From the NCBI GenBank assembly GCA_947593515.1, contig CANQDQ010000002.1, positions 115,471-179,470 on the forward strand: a DNA stretch of 64,000 nucleotides, read 5' to 3'. This stretch comes from an uncultured Bacteroidales bacterium. Lineage in GTDB: Bacteria; Bacteroidota; Bacteroidia; Bacteroidales; UBA11471. The notes beneath the pieces were generated by a model, which did no database searches, was not told the DNA's origin, and was given only the letters and a program-made list of their open reading frames with translations. Positions 30,476 to 41,096 of the stretch are shown one piece after another; position 1 is the stretch's first letter, and each line of letters opens with the position of its first letter. The translations under genes were made by a program, and so were the position numbers.

Positions 30476-32137
30476 TTAATTCCGGTTCAACAGTTCGCGG
30501 GCGTTCGACAGGGCGGCGTCCGATATTTGCGCACCGCTCAGCATACGGGCGATTTCCTGCAAACGCTGCTCGTCGGACAGCGGTTCCATGCAGGTGCGGG
30601 CGGTATCGCCTTCGTCGTTTTTGTAAATGCGGAAATGGTGGTCGCCCCGCGACGCCACCTGCGGCAGGTGCGTAATGGCAATGACCTGCATGTATTTTGC
30701 CATATCCGCCATGATTTCACCCATTTTGTCGGCTATTTCGCCCGATACGCCGGTATCTATTTCGTCGAAAACAATCGTCGGCAGCGCGGCGGCATCGGCT
30801 GCCAGCGACTTGATGCCGAGCATCAGGCGGGATATTTCTCCGCCGGAAGCGATTTCGGCTACCGGTTGCAGCGGACGGTTTTTGTTGGCGGAAAAGAGAT
30901 AGCGCGCCGACTCTGCACCGTCGATGTCGGGACGCTCTTTTTGCAGCCACTCCACCTCGAAGCGCAAATGGTTCATTCCCAGCGGTGCAGTACGCTCTAT
31001 CAACTTAGCGGTGAAAGTTTCGGCAGCCGTCCGGCGGCACGCCGACAGCTCGCCCGACAATTCCAATATGCGCATCTCCTGCGCGGACACTTGCTGTTGC
31101 AGGTCGGCAATGGCGGCATCGGAATGGTCGATGACCGACAGTTTCGTTTCCAAATCGGATTGTATGGCAAGCAGTTCGCTATCCGACTGCACCCGATGTT
31201 TCTGTTGCAGCTCGTACAGCAAGTCGAGCCTCTCCTCCACTTGCTGCAAGCGTTCGGGGTCGGCGGTTACGCGCTCCTGCCGGTTTTCTATTTCGGCTTG
31301 AATATCTTTCAGTTCTATTATCGAAGACTCCATGCGATCTGCCAACTCGTCGGCTCCGGAATAAATCGTATGCAGCGAACGCAGCGTGTGCAGTGCCTCC
31401 CGCAGTTGCGAAAGCGCACCGTTTTCTTCGCTGTCCAAGCAGCCGGTTGCGGCATACAATCCTTGTTTTATCTCTTCGGCATGGGCAAGGATTTCCCGCT
31501 CCTCCTCCAACTGTTTTTGTTCACCCTCCTGCAAACGAGCCTCACAAAGTTGATTGTATTGAAACCGCAGATATTCCTCCTCTTTGCGGCTTTCTTCGCA
31601 GGTGCGTCGCAACTGTTCGAGCTTGACGCACAACTCTTTGTAAGTGCGGTATTCGCGCCGGTATTCCGACAGCAGATTTTCATCGTGCGCCCAGAGGTCG
31701 ATGATGCGCAGTTGGAAACGGTTGTCGCCCAATAGCAGATTCTGATGTTGCGAATGAATGTCGATAAGCTGCACGCCCAACTCTTTCAGCGTGCCCAGCG
31801 ACACCGGCGTGTCGTTGACGAACGAGCGGCTTTTGCCTGACAGGAGTTCCCGCCGTAAGATGCAAACGCCCGTTTCGTCATAGTCCAAATCATTGGCTTG
31901 GAAAAACGGCTGCAAGTCGTAAGCGGCAATATCGAATATCCCTTCGACAACCGTTTTCCGAGCTTCGTTTTTTATGGCTTTGCTGTCGGCGCGTTCGCCC
32001 AATATAAGTGAAAGCGCCCCCAAGATAATAGATTTTCCCGCCCCCGTTTCGCCCGTCATGACGGTAAGTCCGGACGAAAAATCGATTTCCAAAAAATCGA
32101 TCAGTGCATAATTGCGAATCGTCAGTTTCTGTATCAT
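30476..32137 (-). CDS. recN: DNA repair protein RecN
   Basis: 553 aa. Has Walker A 'GETGAGKS', a long coiled coil, and the C-terminal signature 'SGGEISRLMLGIK' with Walker B 'IVFDEIDTG'. Confidence 0.94.
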   Translation of the reverse strand: MIQKLTIRNYALIDFLEIDFSSGLTVMTGETGAGKSIILGALSLILGERADSKAIKNEARKTVVEGIFDIAAYDLQPFFQANDLDYDETGVCILRRELLSGKSRSFVNDTPVSLGTLKELGVQLIDIHSQHQNLLLGDNRFQLRIIDLWAHDENLLSEYRREYRTYKELCVKLEQLRRTCEESRKEEEYLRFQYNQLCEARLQEGEQKQLEEEREILAHAEEIKQGLYAATGCLDSEENGALSQLREALHTLRSLHTIYSGADELADRMESSIIELKDIQAEIENRQERVTADPERLQQVEERLDLLYELQQKHRVQSDSELLAIQSDLETKLSVIDHSDAAIADLQQQVSAQEMRILELSGELSACRRTAAETFTAKLIERTAPLGMNHLRFEVEWLQKERPDIDGAESARYLFSANKNRPLQPVAEIASGGEISRLMLGIKSLAADAAALPTIVFDEIDTGVSGEIADKMGEIMADMAKYMQVIAITHLPQVASRGDHHFRIYKNDEGDTARTCMEPLSDEQRLQEIARMLSGAQISDAALSNARELLNRN

Positions 32138-32145
32138 GGACGGAA

Positions 32146-33039
32146 TTATTTGCGCAACGGTTCGAGCCGTTTGGTTTCTGTCGGATAGAGCCGGTCTAAT
32201 ATTTTATACGTATCTTCTTTTTCCTGACGGGGCGCTTCGGAATAGATGTTGACGACCTCGTCGAGCTTGGCATCGCTGAACAGCGGAAGCAATACCGACG
32301 TCGAAGAATTTTCATACACCTCGACCAGCTTGTTGAGCGACTCGGTAACTTTTGCACGCCCCTTGTCCACGCTCAATGCCATTTCGTCGAGCCCTCTCCG
32401 GTGATAGTCGTACCAAAGCTGGCGGAAAGCCGCATTACTGCCTTCGGTGAAAGCCGTAACCAGTGCATGGCGGTTGCGGGAATTTCCGAAAGCCTCCCAG
32501 CCTACCCCTTGCGACGATTCACCCATAGCCACCAACTCTGCCGCCCGTTGGAAAAAAGGCTCACCTCCTCGAAAGGAAAAACTGTCGAAATCGAGCGCCA
32601 GAATCATGTTTACATAGAAATCGAGCACGCCGGTGAGGTTGCTTTCCATCGTCATCTCATTGTATATCAACGGGTCGAACTCCTGATACTCGAACTCGAA
32701 CTGCGTATCTCTGAAATTGAGCATCGTAGTCATGTACGAGCTGTTGTAAACCGGTCGGCGCGACTGCACCTGCAATTCGCACGTATATCGGTTGTCGTTT
32801 ACGGAATTGACGACTATCAACAGCGTGCAGTCTATTTTTTCGTTAGGAGCTATCTGCGCTTCGCTCCATTTGCGGGTGTTGATGTATTCCGTAATAGCTT
32901 GTTCCAGCGTCGAAAATACCTGTTTGTTCGTGCCTTGTATTTTGTCGCTGTTGATTTGCACCCGGCACGACAGCTCCTGCGCCGGCAAACCTGCTGCCAG
33001 CCACAAAAGCAACGCCGTTATCGACACGAGTTTTTTCAT
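32146..33039 (-). CDS. DUF4835 family protein (family annotated in some databases as T9SS protein PorD)
   Basis: 297 aa with a signal peptide. 'LSCRVQINSDKIQGTNKQVFSTLEQAITEYINTRKW' is characteristic of the family. The coaBC-DUF4835-recN synteny is typical of Bacteroidota. Confidence 0.7.
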   Translation of the reverse strand: MKKLVSITALLLWLAAGLPAQELSCRVQINSDKIQGTNKQVFSTLEQAITEYINTRKWSEAQIAPNEKIDCTLLIVVNSVNDNRYTCELQVQSRRPVYNSSYMTTMLNFRDTQFEFEYQEFDPLIYNEMTMESNLTGVLDFYVNMILALDFDSFSFRGGEPFFQRAAELVAMGESSQGVGWEAFGNSRNRHALVTAFTEGSNAAFRQLWYDYHRRGLDEMALSVDKGRAKVTESLNKLVEVYENSSTSVLLPLFSDAKLDEVVNIYSEAPRQEKEDTYKILDRLYPTETKRLEPLRK

Positions 33040-33081
33040 GAAAAGTTCGGTATCTGTTTATAATACGGAAGAATATCCGGT

Positions 33082-34290
33082 TTATTTTTTTACGGGCGCG
33101 ATATATTCCGAAAGCACATCGACAATATCTGTGGCGACTTCGCGCTTGCTTTTCATCGGATACTCCGTTTTGTTTCCGTTCTGCTCGAAAATCGTTACCT
33201 TGTTGGTATCGACCCGAAAGCCTGCACCCTGTTCGCACAGCGAGTTCAATACGATGAAATCCAAATTTTTACGTTGCATTTTCTCTTGGGCGTTCACGGT
33301 TTCGTGTTCCGTTTCGAGAGCAAACCCCGCCACGCATTGACCGGCGCGTTTCATGCGCCCCAATTCGGCGGCGATGTCTTTGTTCGGCGACAGGGTGAGG
33401 ACAAGGTTTTCGCCGGTGCGCTTCAATTTCTGTTCGCTGTATGCGGCGGGAGCGTAATCGGCGACGGCAGCGCAACAGAGGGCGGCGTCGGCGTCGGAAA
33501 ACTCCCGTGTGGCAGCATCGTACATTTGAGCCGCCGATTCCACATCGATACGGCGCACCGACGGCGGTGTGGGCAGCGATACCGGTCCCGCCACGAGTAC
33601 GACCTCTGCCGCGCGCGCGGCACAGTCGGCAGCGAGGGCGAATCCCATTTTCCCCGACGAGTAATTTCCGATAAAGCGCACCGGATCTATTTTTTCATAC
33701 GTAGGTCCTGCCGTGATGACGATTTTCCGACCCGCCAACGATTGCCGGCGGCTGAAAAAGTTTTCGAGGCAGGCTACGATGCGGTCGGGTTCTTCCATGC
33801 GTCCTTTCCCTTCGAGGTGGCTTGCCAGCTCTCCGGTTGCCGGCTCGATGATGTGATTGCCGTAAGAGCGCAGCCGTTCGAGGTTGTGCTGCGTCGAAGG
33901 GTGTGCAAACATATCCAAGTCCATTGCCGGAGCCACGAACACAGGACATTTCACAGACAGATAAGTGGTAATGAGCATATTGTCGGCAATACCGTTCGCC
34001 ATTTTTCCGATAGTGGACGCCGTAGCCGGAGCCACCAACATGGCATCTGCCCACAAACCGAGTTCGACATGGCTGTGCCACGTTCCGTCGTTTGCCGTGA
34101 AAAATTCACTCACGACGGGCTTTCCCGTAAGTGCCGACAGCGTAACCGGAGTGATAAACTCTTTTCCCGAAGGCGTCATGACGATTTGCACTTCCGCGCC
34201 TTTTTTTATCAGCGCCCGTGTGAGATAGGCGGCTTTGTAAGCAGCGATACTGCCGGTAATGCCCAATATGATTTTCTTTCCTTCCAACAT
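33082..34290 (-). CDS. coaBC: Bifunctional phosphopantothenoylcysteine decarboxylase / phosphopantothenate--cysteine ligase
   Basis: 402 aa with an N-terminal flavoprotein domain 'GITGSIAAYKA' and the C-terminal DFP ligase domain. Confidence 0.93.
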   Translation of the reverse strand: MLEGKKIILGITGSIAAYKAAYLTRALIKKGAEVQIVMTPSGKEFITPVTLSALTGKPVVSEFFTANDGTWHSHVELGLWADAMLVAPATASTIGKMANGIADNMLITTYLSVKCPVFVAPAMDLDMFAHPSTQHNLERLRSYGNHIIEPATGELASHLEGKGRMEEPDRIVACLENFFSRRQSLAGRKIVITAGPTYEKIDPVRFIGNYSSGKMGFALAADCAARAAEVVLVAGPVSLPTPPSVRRIDVESAAQMYDAATREFSDADAALCCAAVADYAPAAYSEQKLKRTGENLVLTLSPNKDIAAELGRMKRAGQCVAGFALETEHETVNAQEKMQRKNLDFIVLNSLCEQGAGFRVDTNKVTIFEQNGNKTEYPMKSKREVATDIVDVLSEYIAPVKK

Positions 34291-34342
34291 ATCCCTATGA
34301 AAGTAAAAGCGGCAGATGCTTTCATTCCACCGCTTTCGTTTT

Positions 34343-35113
34343 TTATTTATGATTGACTGAACGCATCTTGATGTCGGTAATCACGTTTTTGGTGTTCAGC
34401 GGAAAATCGCCTTGCATCATCCATGCGTAATAACCTATATCGCTTCTGAATACATCGACGACGGCTCTGCCCTTGTATTTCCCGAAATTGAAAATCTCCA
34501 CGCCTTTGTCGTCGTAAACGATGCGTCCCGCCAAGTCGACATTGCGGTTATACGAGGTAAATTCCGCCAGCGCTTCCATATCGTTTTTCAGCTGCGGATA
34601 GCGGTCTAACTGCGCTTTCAGTACTTCGTAGGTGGCGTGGGTGTCGGCTTGCGCCGAGTGGGCGTCATTGAGGTCTTTGTCGCAATAGAAACGATACGCC
34701 GCCGAGAGCGTACGCTGCTCCATTTTGTGAAATATCGCCTGCACGTCTATCAATTTGCGGTTGGATATATCGACCGATACGCCCGCACGCAACAGTTCCT
34801 CGACCAACAGCGGCACGTCGAAGCGGTTGGAGTTGTACCCTGCCAAGTCGCACCCTTCGAGGTCGGCGGCTATCGAGGCTGCCACTTCCTTGAAAGTGGG
34901 ACAGTCCGCAACATCGGCATCGGTGATTTTGTGCACTGCCGTAGCTTCGGGTGGTATGGGCATTCCCGGATTGATGCGCATCGTCTTCGCCTCTTCCCGT
35001 CCGTCGGGATAGACTTTCAGATAACTGATTTCCACGATGCGATCGGTCGATATGTTGATGCCCGTCGTCTCCAAGTCGAAGAAAACAAGCGGTCTTTTCA
35101 GATTCAGTTGCAT
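34343..35113 (-). CDS. DEDDh 3'-5' exonuclease (DnaQ / Pol III epsilon-like)
   Basis: 256 aa with ExoI 'VFFDLETTG', ExoII 'LAGYNSNRFDVPLL' and ExoIII 'HSAQADTHATYEV'. Confidence 0.82.
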   Translation of the reverse strand: MQLNLKRPLVFFDLETTGINISTDRIVEISYLKVYPDGREEAKTMRINPGMPIPPEATAVHKITDADVADCPTFKEVAASIAADLEGCDLAGYNSNRFDVPLLVEELLRAGVSVDISNRKLIDVQAIFHKMEQRTLSAAYRFYCDKDLNDAHSAQADTHATYEVLKAQLDRYPQLKNDMEALAEFTSYNRNVDLAGRIVYDDKGVEIFNFGKYKGRAVVDVFRSDIGYYAWMMQGDFPLNTKNVITDIKMRSVNHK

Positions 35114-35126
35114 CGGTTGCGGTCGA

Positions 35127-36251
35127 TTAATCTTTCAACATCATGGGCATCAACAGCATCAACAGCTCTTCGTCGTTTTCGTTTTCCATAGGCAGAATGA
35201 TGCCGGCACGTCCCGGATCTGCCAAGTCGATAATGACTTCCTGCGAACCGATGTTGTTCAACACCTCGATAAGATACGTCGCACTGAAACCGATGCTCAT
35301 CGTGTCGCCGCTGTAATTGCAGGTTATGCTCTCGTCTGCCGACGTCGAGAAATCGGAATACTGTGCCGAAACGACGATTTGGTTGGGATTGAGGTCGAGG
35401 CGTATCAACGAGCTGGCAGGGTCCGAAAATACCGATATACGCCGCAGTACGCTGATAAACAATGTTCTGTCTATGATAAGACGATTGCTGTTGTTTTGGG
35501 GTATTACCGACATATAATTGGGATAGCGCCCTTCGATGAGCCGGCAGGTCAGTACGAAATTCGCCAGTTGGAAACAAGCGTTCTTATCGTCGAATGTAAC
35601 GGTAATATCGCCCGTTTCTTTCGGCAGGATATTTTTCAGCAAAGTCGCCGGTTTCTTCGGCAGAATCACAATGGATTCCAAGTCGGGTTTTACCGTCGTG
35701 TTCTTGCTGCGCACCAAAATGTACCCGTCGGAGGCGACGAAGAAAACTTCGTTTTTGTGTATGTCCACACATATGCCGTTCATCACGGGACGCAGTTCGT
35801 CGTCGGCAGTGGCGAAAAGGGTGTGCGAAATACCCGTCAATAGTGCCGATGCCGGCATCGTAAGGCGGGTGGCGGTCTCGCTCATCGGCGTGCGTTGCGG
35901 ATATTCATCGCCGTTGATTCCCACGAAATTGTATTTTCCGTTTTGGTAGTAAAGGAAGATTTCCAGATTTTCATCGTTGATTTGGAACGTCAGCGGCTGG
36001 TCGGGCAGCTCTTTCAACGGTTCAAGAAGTATTTTTGCCGATACGGCGAATACGCCGCTGCCTTCGGCTTCGATAAGCCCGATGGTCGTGGTCATGGTCG
36101 TTTCCTGATCCGATGCCGTAATCGTCAATTGATTTCCTTCCAGACGGAAGAGGAAATTATCGAGAATCGCCATCGTGTTTTTGGAGTTGATAACTCTGCC
36201 TACGGTCTGTAAATGAGAGAGTAAAAGGTTACTCGATACTACAAATTTCAT
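35127..36251 (-). CDS. dnaN: DNA polymerase III subunit beta (sliding clamp)
   Basis: 374 aa with the N-terminus 'MKFVVSSNLLLSHLQTVGRVINSK' and a three-domain clamp length. Confidence 0.93.
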   Translation of the reverse strand: MKFVVSSNLLLSHLQTVGRVINSKNTMAILDNFLFRLEGNQLTITASDQETTMTTTIGLIEAEGSGVFAVSAKILLEPLKELPDQPLTFQINDENLEIFLYYQNGKYNFVGINGDEYPQRTPMSETATRLTMPASALLTGISHTLFATADDELRPVMNGICVDIHKNEVFFVASDGYILVRSKNTTVKPDLESIVILPKKPATLLKNILPKETGDITVTFDDKNACFQLANFVLTCRLIEGRYPNYMSVIPQNNSNRLIIDRTLFISVLRRISVFSDPASSLIRLDLNPNQIVVSAQYSDFSTSADESITCNYSGDTMSIGFSATYLIEVLNNIGSQEVIIDLADPGRAGIILPMENENDEELLMLLMPMMLKD

Positions 36252-36322
36252 ATACTTGTTTTTTATTTGTTTATTCGTTCGGTTCGACAGCCGCCGATTT
36301 GCATCGGCAACTGTATTAGCAA

Positions 36323-36330
36323 CAAATATA
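36323..36330 (-). promoter_or_regulatory. -7 motif TATATTTG (minus strand) upstream of dnaN
   Basis: Plus-strand caaatata, 72 nt upstream of the dnaN start. Confidence 0.4.
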
Positions 36331-36423
36331 AATATTTTTTTTCAGAGACAATTCATCTGTTTGCAAAAAAGTATCTTTCTGTTGATAACATTTGCGGCTT
36401 GCCGGATTTGTCTCCGCAATCAT

Positions 36424-36460
36424 ACGAAAAAAGCCGAAACAGCAAACATGTTTCGGCTTT
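36424..36460 (-). terminator. Rho-independent terminator downstream of guaA
   Basis: 10-bp stem aagccgaaac/gtttcggctt followed by a U-tract on the minus strand. Confidence 0.8.
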
Positions 36461-36478
36461 GTATCGTGCACGGGAAAA

Positions 36479-38002
36479 TCATTCCCATTCGATGGTCGAA
36501 GGCGGTTTGGAGCTGATGTCGTAGGTAACGCGGTTTACGCCTTTCACCTTGTTGATGATGTCGTTGGAAACTTTGCCCAAAAATTCGTATGGCAGACGTG
36601 CCCAGTCGGCAGTCATGGCGTCGGTCGAAGTAACCGCCCGCAGGGCTACGGCGTTTTCGTAGGTGCGCTCGTCGCCCATGACGCCCACCGACTGTACGGG
36701 CAGGAGTATCGCGCCTGCCTGCCAAACTTTGTCGTACAGATTCCAGTCGCGCAGCCCCTGAATGAAGATGTCGTCGGCTTCTTGCAGTATGCGCACTTTC
36801 TCGGGCGTGATGTCGCCCAAAATGCGCACGGCAAGCCCCGGACCCGGGAAGGGGTGGCGGTTGATAAGCCGCTCCATCATGCCCAACTCCCGTCCTACCC
36901 GGCGCACTTCGTCTTTGAAGAGCAGGCGCAGAGGCTCGCACAGTTTCAAATTCATTTTTTCGGGCAGTCCGCCGACGTTGTGGTGGCTCTTGATGACGGT
37001 GCCCGTAATCGACAGTGATTCGATGACGTCGGGATAAATCGTACCTTGTGCCAGCCATTTCACATTCTTTATTTTATGGGCTTCGGCGTCGAACACGTCG
37101 ATGAATCCTTTTCCGATGATTTTACGTTTGCGTTCCGGCTCTTTCACGCCGGCCAGTTCGCTGTAAAACTTGTCTTTGGCATTGACGCCGATGACGTTCA
37201 GTCCGAGATGTTCGTAATCGTGCAGCACATTCTCGTATTCGTTTTTGCGCAGCAGACCGTGATCGACGAAGATGCAAGTGAGATTTTTCCCGATGGCTTT
37301 GTTAAGCAACGCGGCAGCCACCGACGAATCGACGCCGCCGGAAAGTCCGAGCACCACTTTGTCGTCGCCCAGCTGCTCTTTGAGTTTCGCCACCGTACTT
37401 TCGATGAACGATGCCGGCGACCAGTCCTGTTTGCAGCCGCATATATCGGCAATGAAGTTGCGAAGTATCTGCGTGCCGTCTTCCGTGTGGAACACTTCGG
37501 GGTGGAACTGCACGCCCCATACCGGTTCGCCCGCTATCTGATAGGCGGCAACGGCGACCTCGTCGGTCGATGCGATGACATTGAAATTATCGGGCACTTG
37601 GGTGATGGTATCGCCATGCGACATCCACACCTGCGAGTTGTCCCGTACATTTTTGAAAAGCGGATTTTCTTTGCAGAAGCGGGAAAGATGGGCGCGACCG
37701 TATTCGCGGCTTCCGGCAGGCTCTACCTTGCCGCCGTTGCTGTATGCCAAAAATTGCGCACCGTAGCAGATGCCCAAAATCGGGTATTTGCCCCGTATCG
37801 CGGAAAGGTCGGTCTTGAACGCCTTTTCGTCATATACCGAAAACGGGCTGCCAGAGAGAATGACTCCCTTGATGTTTTCGTCGCCGTGGGGGAATTTATT
37901 ATACGGAAGTATCTCGCAATAGGTATCCAGTTCGCGTACCCGACGACCTATTAATTGCGTCGTCTGCGAACCGAAATCGAGAATGATGATTTTTTCCTGC
38001 AT
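36479..38002 (-). CDS. guaA: Glutamine-hydrolysing GMP synthase
   Basis: 507 aa with a GATase domain ('GICYGAQ'), the ATP-PPase motif 'SGGVDSSV', and the C-terminal 'KPPSTIEWE'. Confidence 0.97.
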   Translation of the reverse strand: MQEKIIILDFGSQTTQLIGRRVRELDTYCEILPYNKFPHGDENIKGVILSGSPFSVYDEKAFKTDLSAIRGKYPILGICYGAQFLAYSNGGKVEPAGSREYGRAHLSRFCKENPLFKNVRDNSQVWMSHGDTITQVPDNFNVIASTDEVAVAAYQIAGEPVWGVQFHPEVFHTEDGTQILRNFIADICGCKQDWSPASFIESTVAKLKEQLGDDKVVLGLSGGVDSSVAAALLNKAIGKNLTCIFVDHGLLRKNEYENVLHDYEHLGLNVIGVNAKDKFYSELAGVKEPERKRKIIGKGFIDVFDAEAHKIKNVKWLAQGTIYPDVIESLSITGTVIKSHHNVGGLPEKMNLKLCEPLRLLFKDEVRRVGRELGMMERLINRHPFPGPGLAVRILGDITPEKVRILQEADDIFIQGLRDWNLYDKVWQAGAILLPVQSVGVMGDERTYENAVALRAVTSTDAMTADWARLPYEFLGKVSNDIINKVKGVNRVTYDISSKPPSTIEWE

Positions 38003-38075
38003 AGCACTTGTTTTTATTGTCTTGCGACAAAGATACTCATATCGTCTTAATTATACAAACGGTTTCCGCCGTCTC

Positions 38076-39668
38076 TTAAAATTCGGAAGTGAAGTGGAAG
38101 CGTATTTCGGGAAAATCGGTTTGCGCCATTTGCAGCACATATCCCGAGTCGGCGAGAAATACATCGCGCCCTTCCTTATCTTTCGCCATGAACTGGTATT
38201 TGCGTTTTTTGAAATTTTCGAGCGCTTCGGCATCGTCGCTTTCCACCCAGCACGCCTTGTAAAGGCTGAGGTTTTCCCAGCGGCACTGCGCGCCGTATTC
38301 GTGCAACAGACGGTACTGTATCACCTCGAATTGCAGTTGTCCCACCGTGCCGATGATTTTCCGTCCGTTGAACTGATTGACAAATACCTGCGCCACACCC
38401 TCGTCCATCAGTTGGTCGATTCCCTTGTTCAACTGCTTGGCTTTCATGGGGTCGGCGTTTTCTATGTACTTGAACATCTCCGGCGAAAAGCTCGGCAGCC
38501 CCTTGTAGTGCAACTCCTCTCCCGCCGTAAGCGTATCGCCGATTTTGAAATTTCCCGTATCGGGCAAGCCCACAATGTCGCCCGGAAATGCCTCCTCGAC
38601 CGTCGATTTGCGCTGCGCCATGAATGCCGTCGGGCTGGAAAAGCGCATCATTTTTCCCAGTCGCACGTGTTTGTAGTTTTCGTTGCGGAGGAATTGTCCG
38701 GAGCATACCTTGACGAATGCGATGCAGCTGCGGTGATTGGGGTCCATATTGGCGTGTATCTTGAATACGAATCCCGAAAAAGCCTCTTCTTCGGGGCGCA
38801 CCAGTCGCTCCATTGCTTGTACGGGACGGGGCGACGGGGCAATCTTTACGAAACAGTCGAGCAGTTCGCGCACGCCGAAATTGTTTAATGCCGAGCCGAA
38901 GAACACCGGCGCCGTGTCGCCGGCCAGATACTTTTCGACCTCGAAGTCGGGATAAACACCGGCTATCAGTTCGAGGTCGGCGCGGAGTTTTTGCGCATCG
39001 CTCCCGCCCACGTGTCTTTCCAGTTCGGGGCTGTTTATGTCGCGTAGCTCTATGGCATCGGAAATGGTCTGCTTGTTGGGCGTATAAAGGTTGAGATTTT
39101 CTTCGTAGATATTGTAAACGCCCTTGAAGCGCTGCCCCATGTTGATAGGCCAACTGAGCGGACGCACGGCGATTTTCAACTCCGCCTCCACTTCGTCGAG
39201 CAGGTCGAACGGGTCTTTGCCTTCGCGGTCGAGTTTGTTGATGAAAACGATGACCGGCGTTTTGCGCATACGGCACACCTCCATCAGTTTCCGCGTCTGC
39301 GTCTCAACCCCTTTGGCAGCATCGATGACGATGATGACGCTATCGACTGCCGTCAGCGTGCGGTAGGTGTCTTCGGCAAAGTCTTGGTGTCCTGGCGTGT
39401 CGAGAATGTTGATTTTGTAATCGCCGTAGTCGAATCCCATGACCGAAGTGGCGACCGATATGCCGCGCTGCTTCTCGATTTCCATCCAGTCGGAGGTCGC
39501 CGTTTTTTTTATCTTGTTCGACTTCACGGCTCCCGCCACGTGTATGGCGCCGCCGAAAAGCAGCAGCTTTTCGGTAAGGGTTGTCTTTCCCGCATCGGGG
39601 TGGCTGATAATCGCAAAGGTGCGTCGCCGCGCTATTTCTTCGATGAATGTACTCACGTTTACAGGCAT
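38076..39668 (-). CDS. prfC: Peptide chain release factor 3
   Basis: 530 aa with GTPase motifs '[10 protein letters not shown]', 'DTPGHQDF' and 'NKLD' and full-length RF3 similarity. Confidence 0.95.
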   Translation of the reverse strand: MPVNVSTFIEEIARRRTFAIISHPDAGKTTLTEKLLLFGGAIHVAGAVKSNKIKKTATSDWMEIEKQRGISVATSVMGFDYGDYKINILDTPGHQDFAEDTYRTLTAVDSVIIVIDAAKGVETQTRKLMEVCRMRKTPVIVFINKLDREGKDPFDLLDEVEAELKIAVRPLSWPINMGQRFKGVYNIYEENLNLYTPNKQTISDAIELRDINSPELERHVGGSDAQKLRADLELIAGVYPDFEVEKYLAGDTAPVFFGSALNNFGVRELLDCFVKIAPSPRPVQAMERLVRPEEEAFSGFVFKIHANMDPNHRSCIAFVKVCSGQFLRNENYKHVRLGKMMRFSSPTAFMAQRKSTVEEAFPGDIVGLPDTGNFKIGDTLTAGEELHYKGLPSFSPEMFKYIENADPMKAKQLNKGIDQLMDEGVAQVFVNQFNGRKIIGTVGQLQFEVIQYRLLHEYGAQCRWENLSLYKACWVESDDAEALENFKKRKYQFMAKDKEGRDVFLADSGYVLQMAQTDFPEIRFHFTSEF

Positions 39669-40535
39669 TTAGTTTTGTTGTTGCAACAGGTCGATGCAGT
39701 GGCGCAGACTCTGTTCCCAGTGGGGTATGACGATGCCATAAGTTTCTTTTATTTTTTTCTTGTTCAAGACGCTGTAATGCGGACGCCGTGCTGCGGTCGG
39801 ATATTCGTCCGTGCCGACGGGTACGACCGTGCAGCCGGTAATTCCTGCCAGCCGGTGTATGGCAACGGTAAAATCGTACCAGCTGCAAACTCCCTCATCA
39901 GAAAAGTTGTAAATGCCGGGTATGAATTTGTCGCTACGGATAATCGTACCGATGGCTGCCGCCAAATCTGCTGCGCAGGTGGGCGTGCCCACTTGGTCAG
40001 CTACGACGGTAAGGCGCTCTTTCTCTTTGCCCAACCGTATCATGGTTTTCACGAAATTGTTTCCGTAAGGAGAATAAAGCCACGCCGTGCGCAAAATGAC
40101 CGATTGCGGATTGGCTGCCAACAGCAGGCGTTCGCCTTCAAGTTTGGTCGTGCCATACACCGATGTCGGCGCCACAGGGTCGCTCTCGACGTATGGCATA
40201 TAGTGGGTGCCGCCATATACGTAATCGGTGGATATGTGTATCATCTTTGCACCGACGGCTGTGGCAGCTTTTGCGAGATTTTCCACCGCGACAGCGTTTA
40301 TTTTCCGGCACAAGTCGGAATCGCTTTCCGCCTTATCCACAGCGGTATAGGCAGCGCAATTCACAATAAATCCGATGCCGTTTTCCGTTACGAATCGGTT
40401 TACGACATAAGCATCGGTAATGTCCAATTCCTGTACGTCGGTAAAGAGGTATTTGTTTTCTTTGTCGTTCTGCGATAGGTTGCGCATTTCGTTGCCCAAT
40501 TGTCCGTTTGCGCCTGTTACTAAAATGGTTGTCAT
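39669..40535 (-). CDS. rfbD: dTDP-4-dehydrorhamnose reductase
   Basis: 288 aa with 'ILVTGANGQLG', 'YGTTKLEGE' (YxxxK) and the RmlD substrate-binding domain. Its stop abuts the prfC start codon. Confidence 0.9.
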   Translation of the reverse strand: MTTILVTGANGQLGNEMRNLSQNDKENKYLFTDVQELDITDAYVVNRFVTENGIGFIVNCAAYTAVDKAESDSDLCRKINAVAVENLAKAATAVGAKMIHISTDYVYGGTHYMPYVESDPVAPTSVYGTTKLEGERLLLAANPQSVILRTAWLYSPYGNNFVKTMIRLGKEKERLTVVADQVGTPTCAADLAAAIGTIIRSDKFIPGIYNFSDEGVCSWYDFTVAIHRLAGITGCTVVPVGTDEYPTAARRPHYSVLNKKKIKETYGIVIPHWEQSLRHCIDLLQQQN

Positions 40536-40550
40536 ATTAATTTGTTTTAT

Positions 40551-41096
40551 TTATAATTCCAATTCTCCGTTTCTGTCTTGTTTGTATTTTTCGGAGAGAA
40601 GTGCCAAAAATCGGGAAATTTGCTCTATTGCCTGTTGTGTTTCCGATGATATCGGTTTCTTCTGCAAACGCAGCAACAATATGCCGTACAACGCGTTGAA
40701 ACAGGTTTCCAGCTCTCCTGCTCCGTTATTGCCCGAACGGGAGTGCAGTTCCACGATGTAAGGCAAAGTTTTGTAAAAGGTTGCGGTATAGAAAGGTTCG
40801 CGTGTCGATTTCAACAGCCGCTCATGCAGGTCGGAAAGTTCGATGATGATGTTTTTATTGATTTGCAGATGCCCCTTTTCCAACACACCTTCGATGCGCA
40901 TCATCTCTGCCAGATTGTCGTACCATTCGCGTATCGCCGTCATCGTCTCGGGCGTTTGTCCCCGATAGCCGCTGACGATACGTTCTTCTATTATGTCGAT
41001 GTCGCCGTTGCAAGCCCGTATCATATCCTCTATTTGCCACATATACAGAAGATATTCTGCGATGTTTTCTTTTCGTTTTCGTTCGGCGATAATCAT
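40551..41096 (-). CDS. DUF4924 family protein
   Basis: 181 aa. 'RKENIAEYLLYMWQIEDMIRA' is the characteristic N-terminus of this Bacteroidota-specific family. Confidence 0.65.
   Translation of the reverse strand: MIIAERKRKENIAEYLLYMWQIEDMIRACNGDIDIIEERIVSGYRGQTPETMTAIREWYDNLAEMMRIEGVLEKGHLQINKNIIIELSDLHERLLKSTREPFYTATFYKTLPYIVELHSRSGNNGAGELETCFNALYGILLLRLQKKPISSETQQAIEQISRFLALLSEKYKQDRNGELEL

Noticed and set aside
30275-31735. 486-aa ORF antisense to recN and rlmB
   Set aside because: It spans two real genes on the other strand and has shadow-ORF composition.
38176-39276. 366-aa alternative-frame ORF inside prfC
   Set aside because: It is in the same strand but a different frame of a complete RF3 gene, and its arginine-rich translation is a frame artefact.
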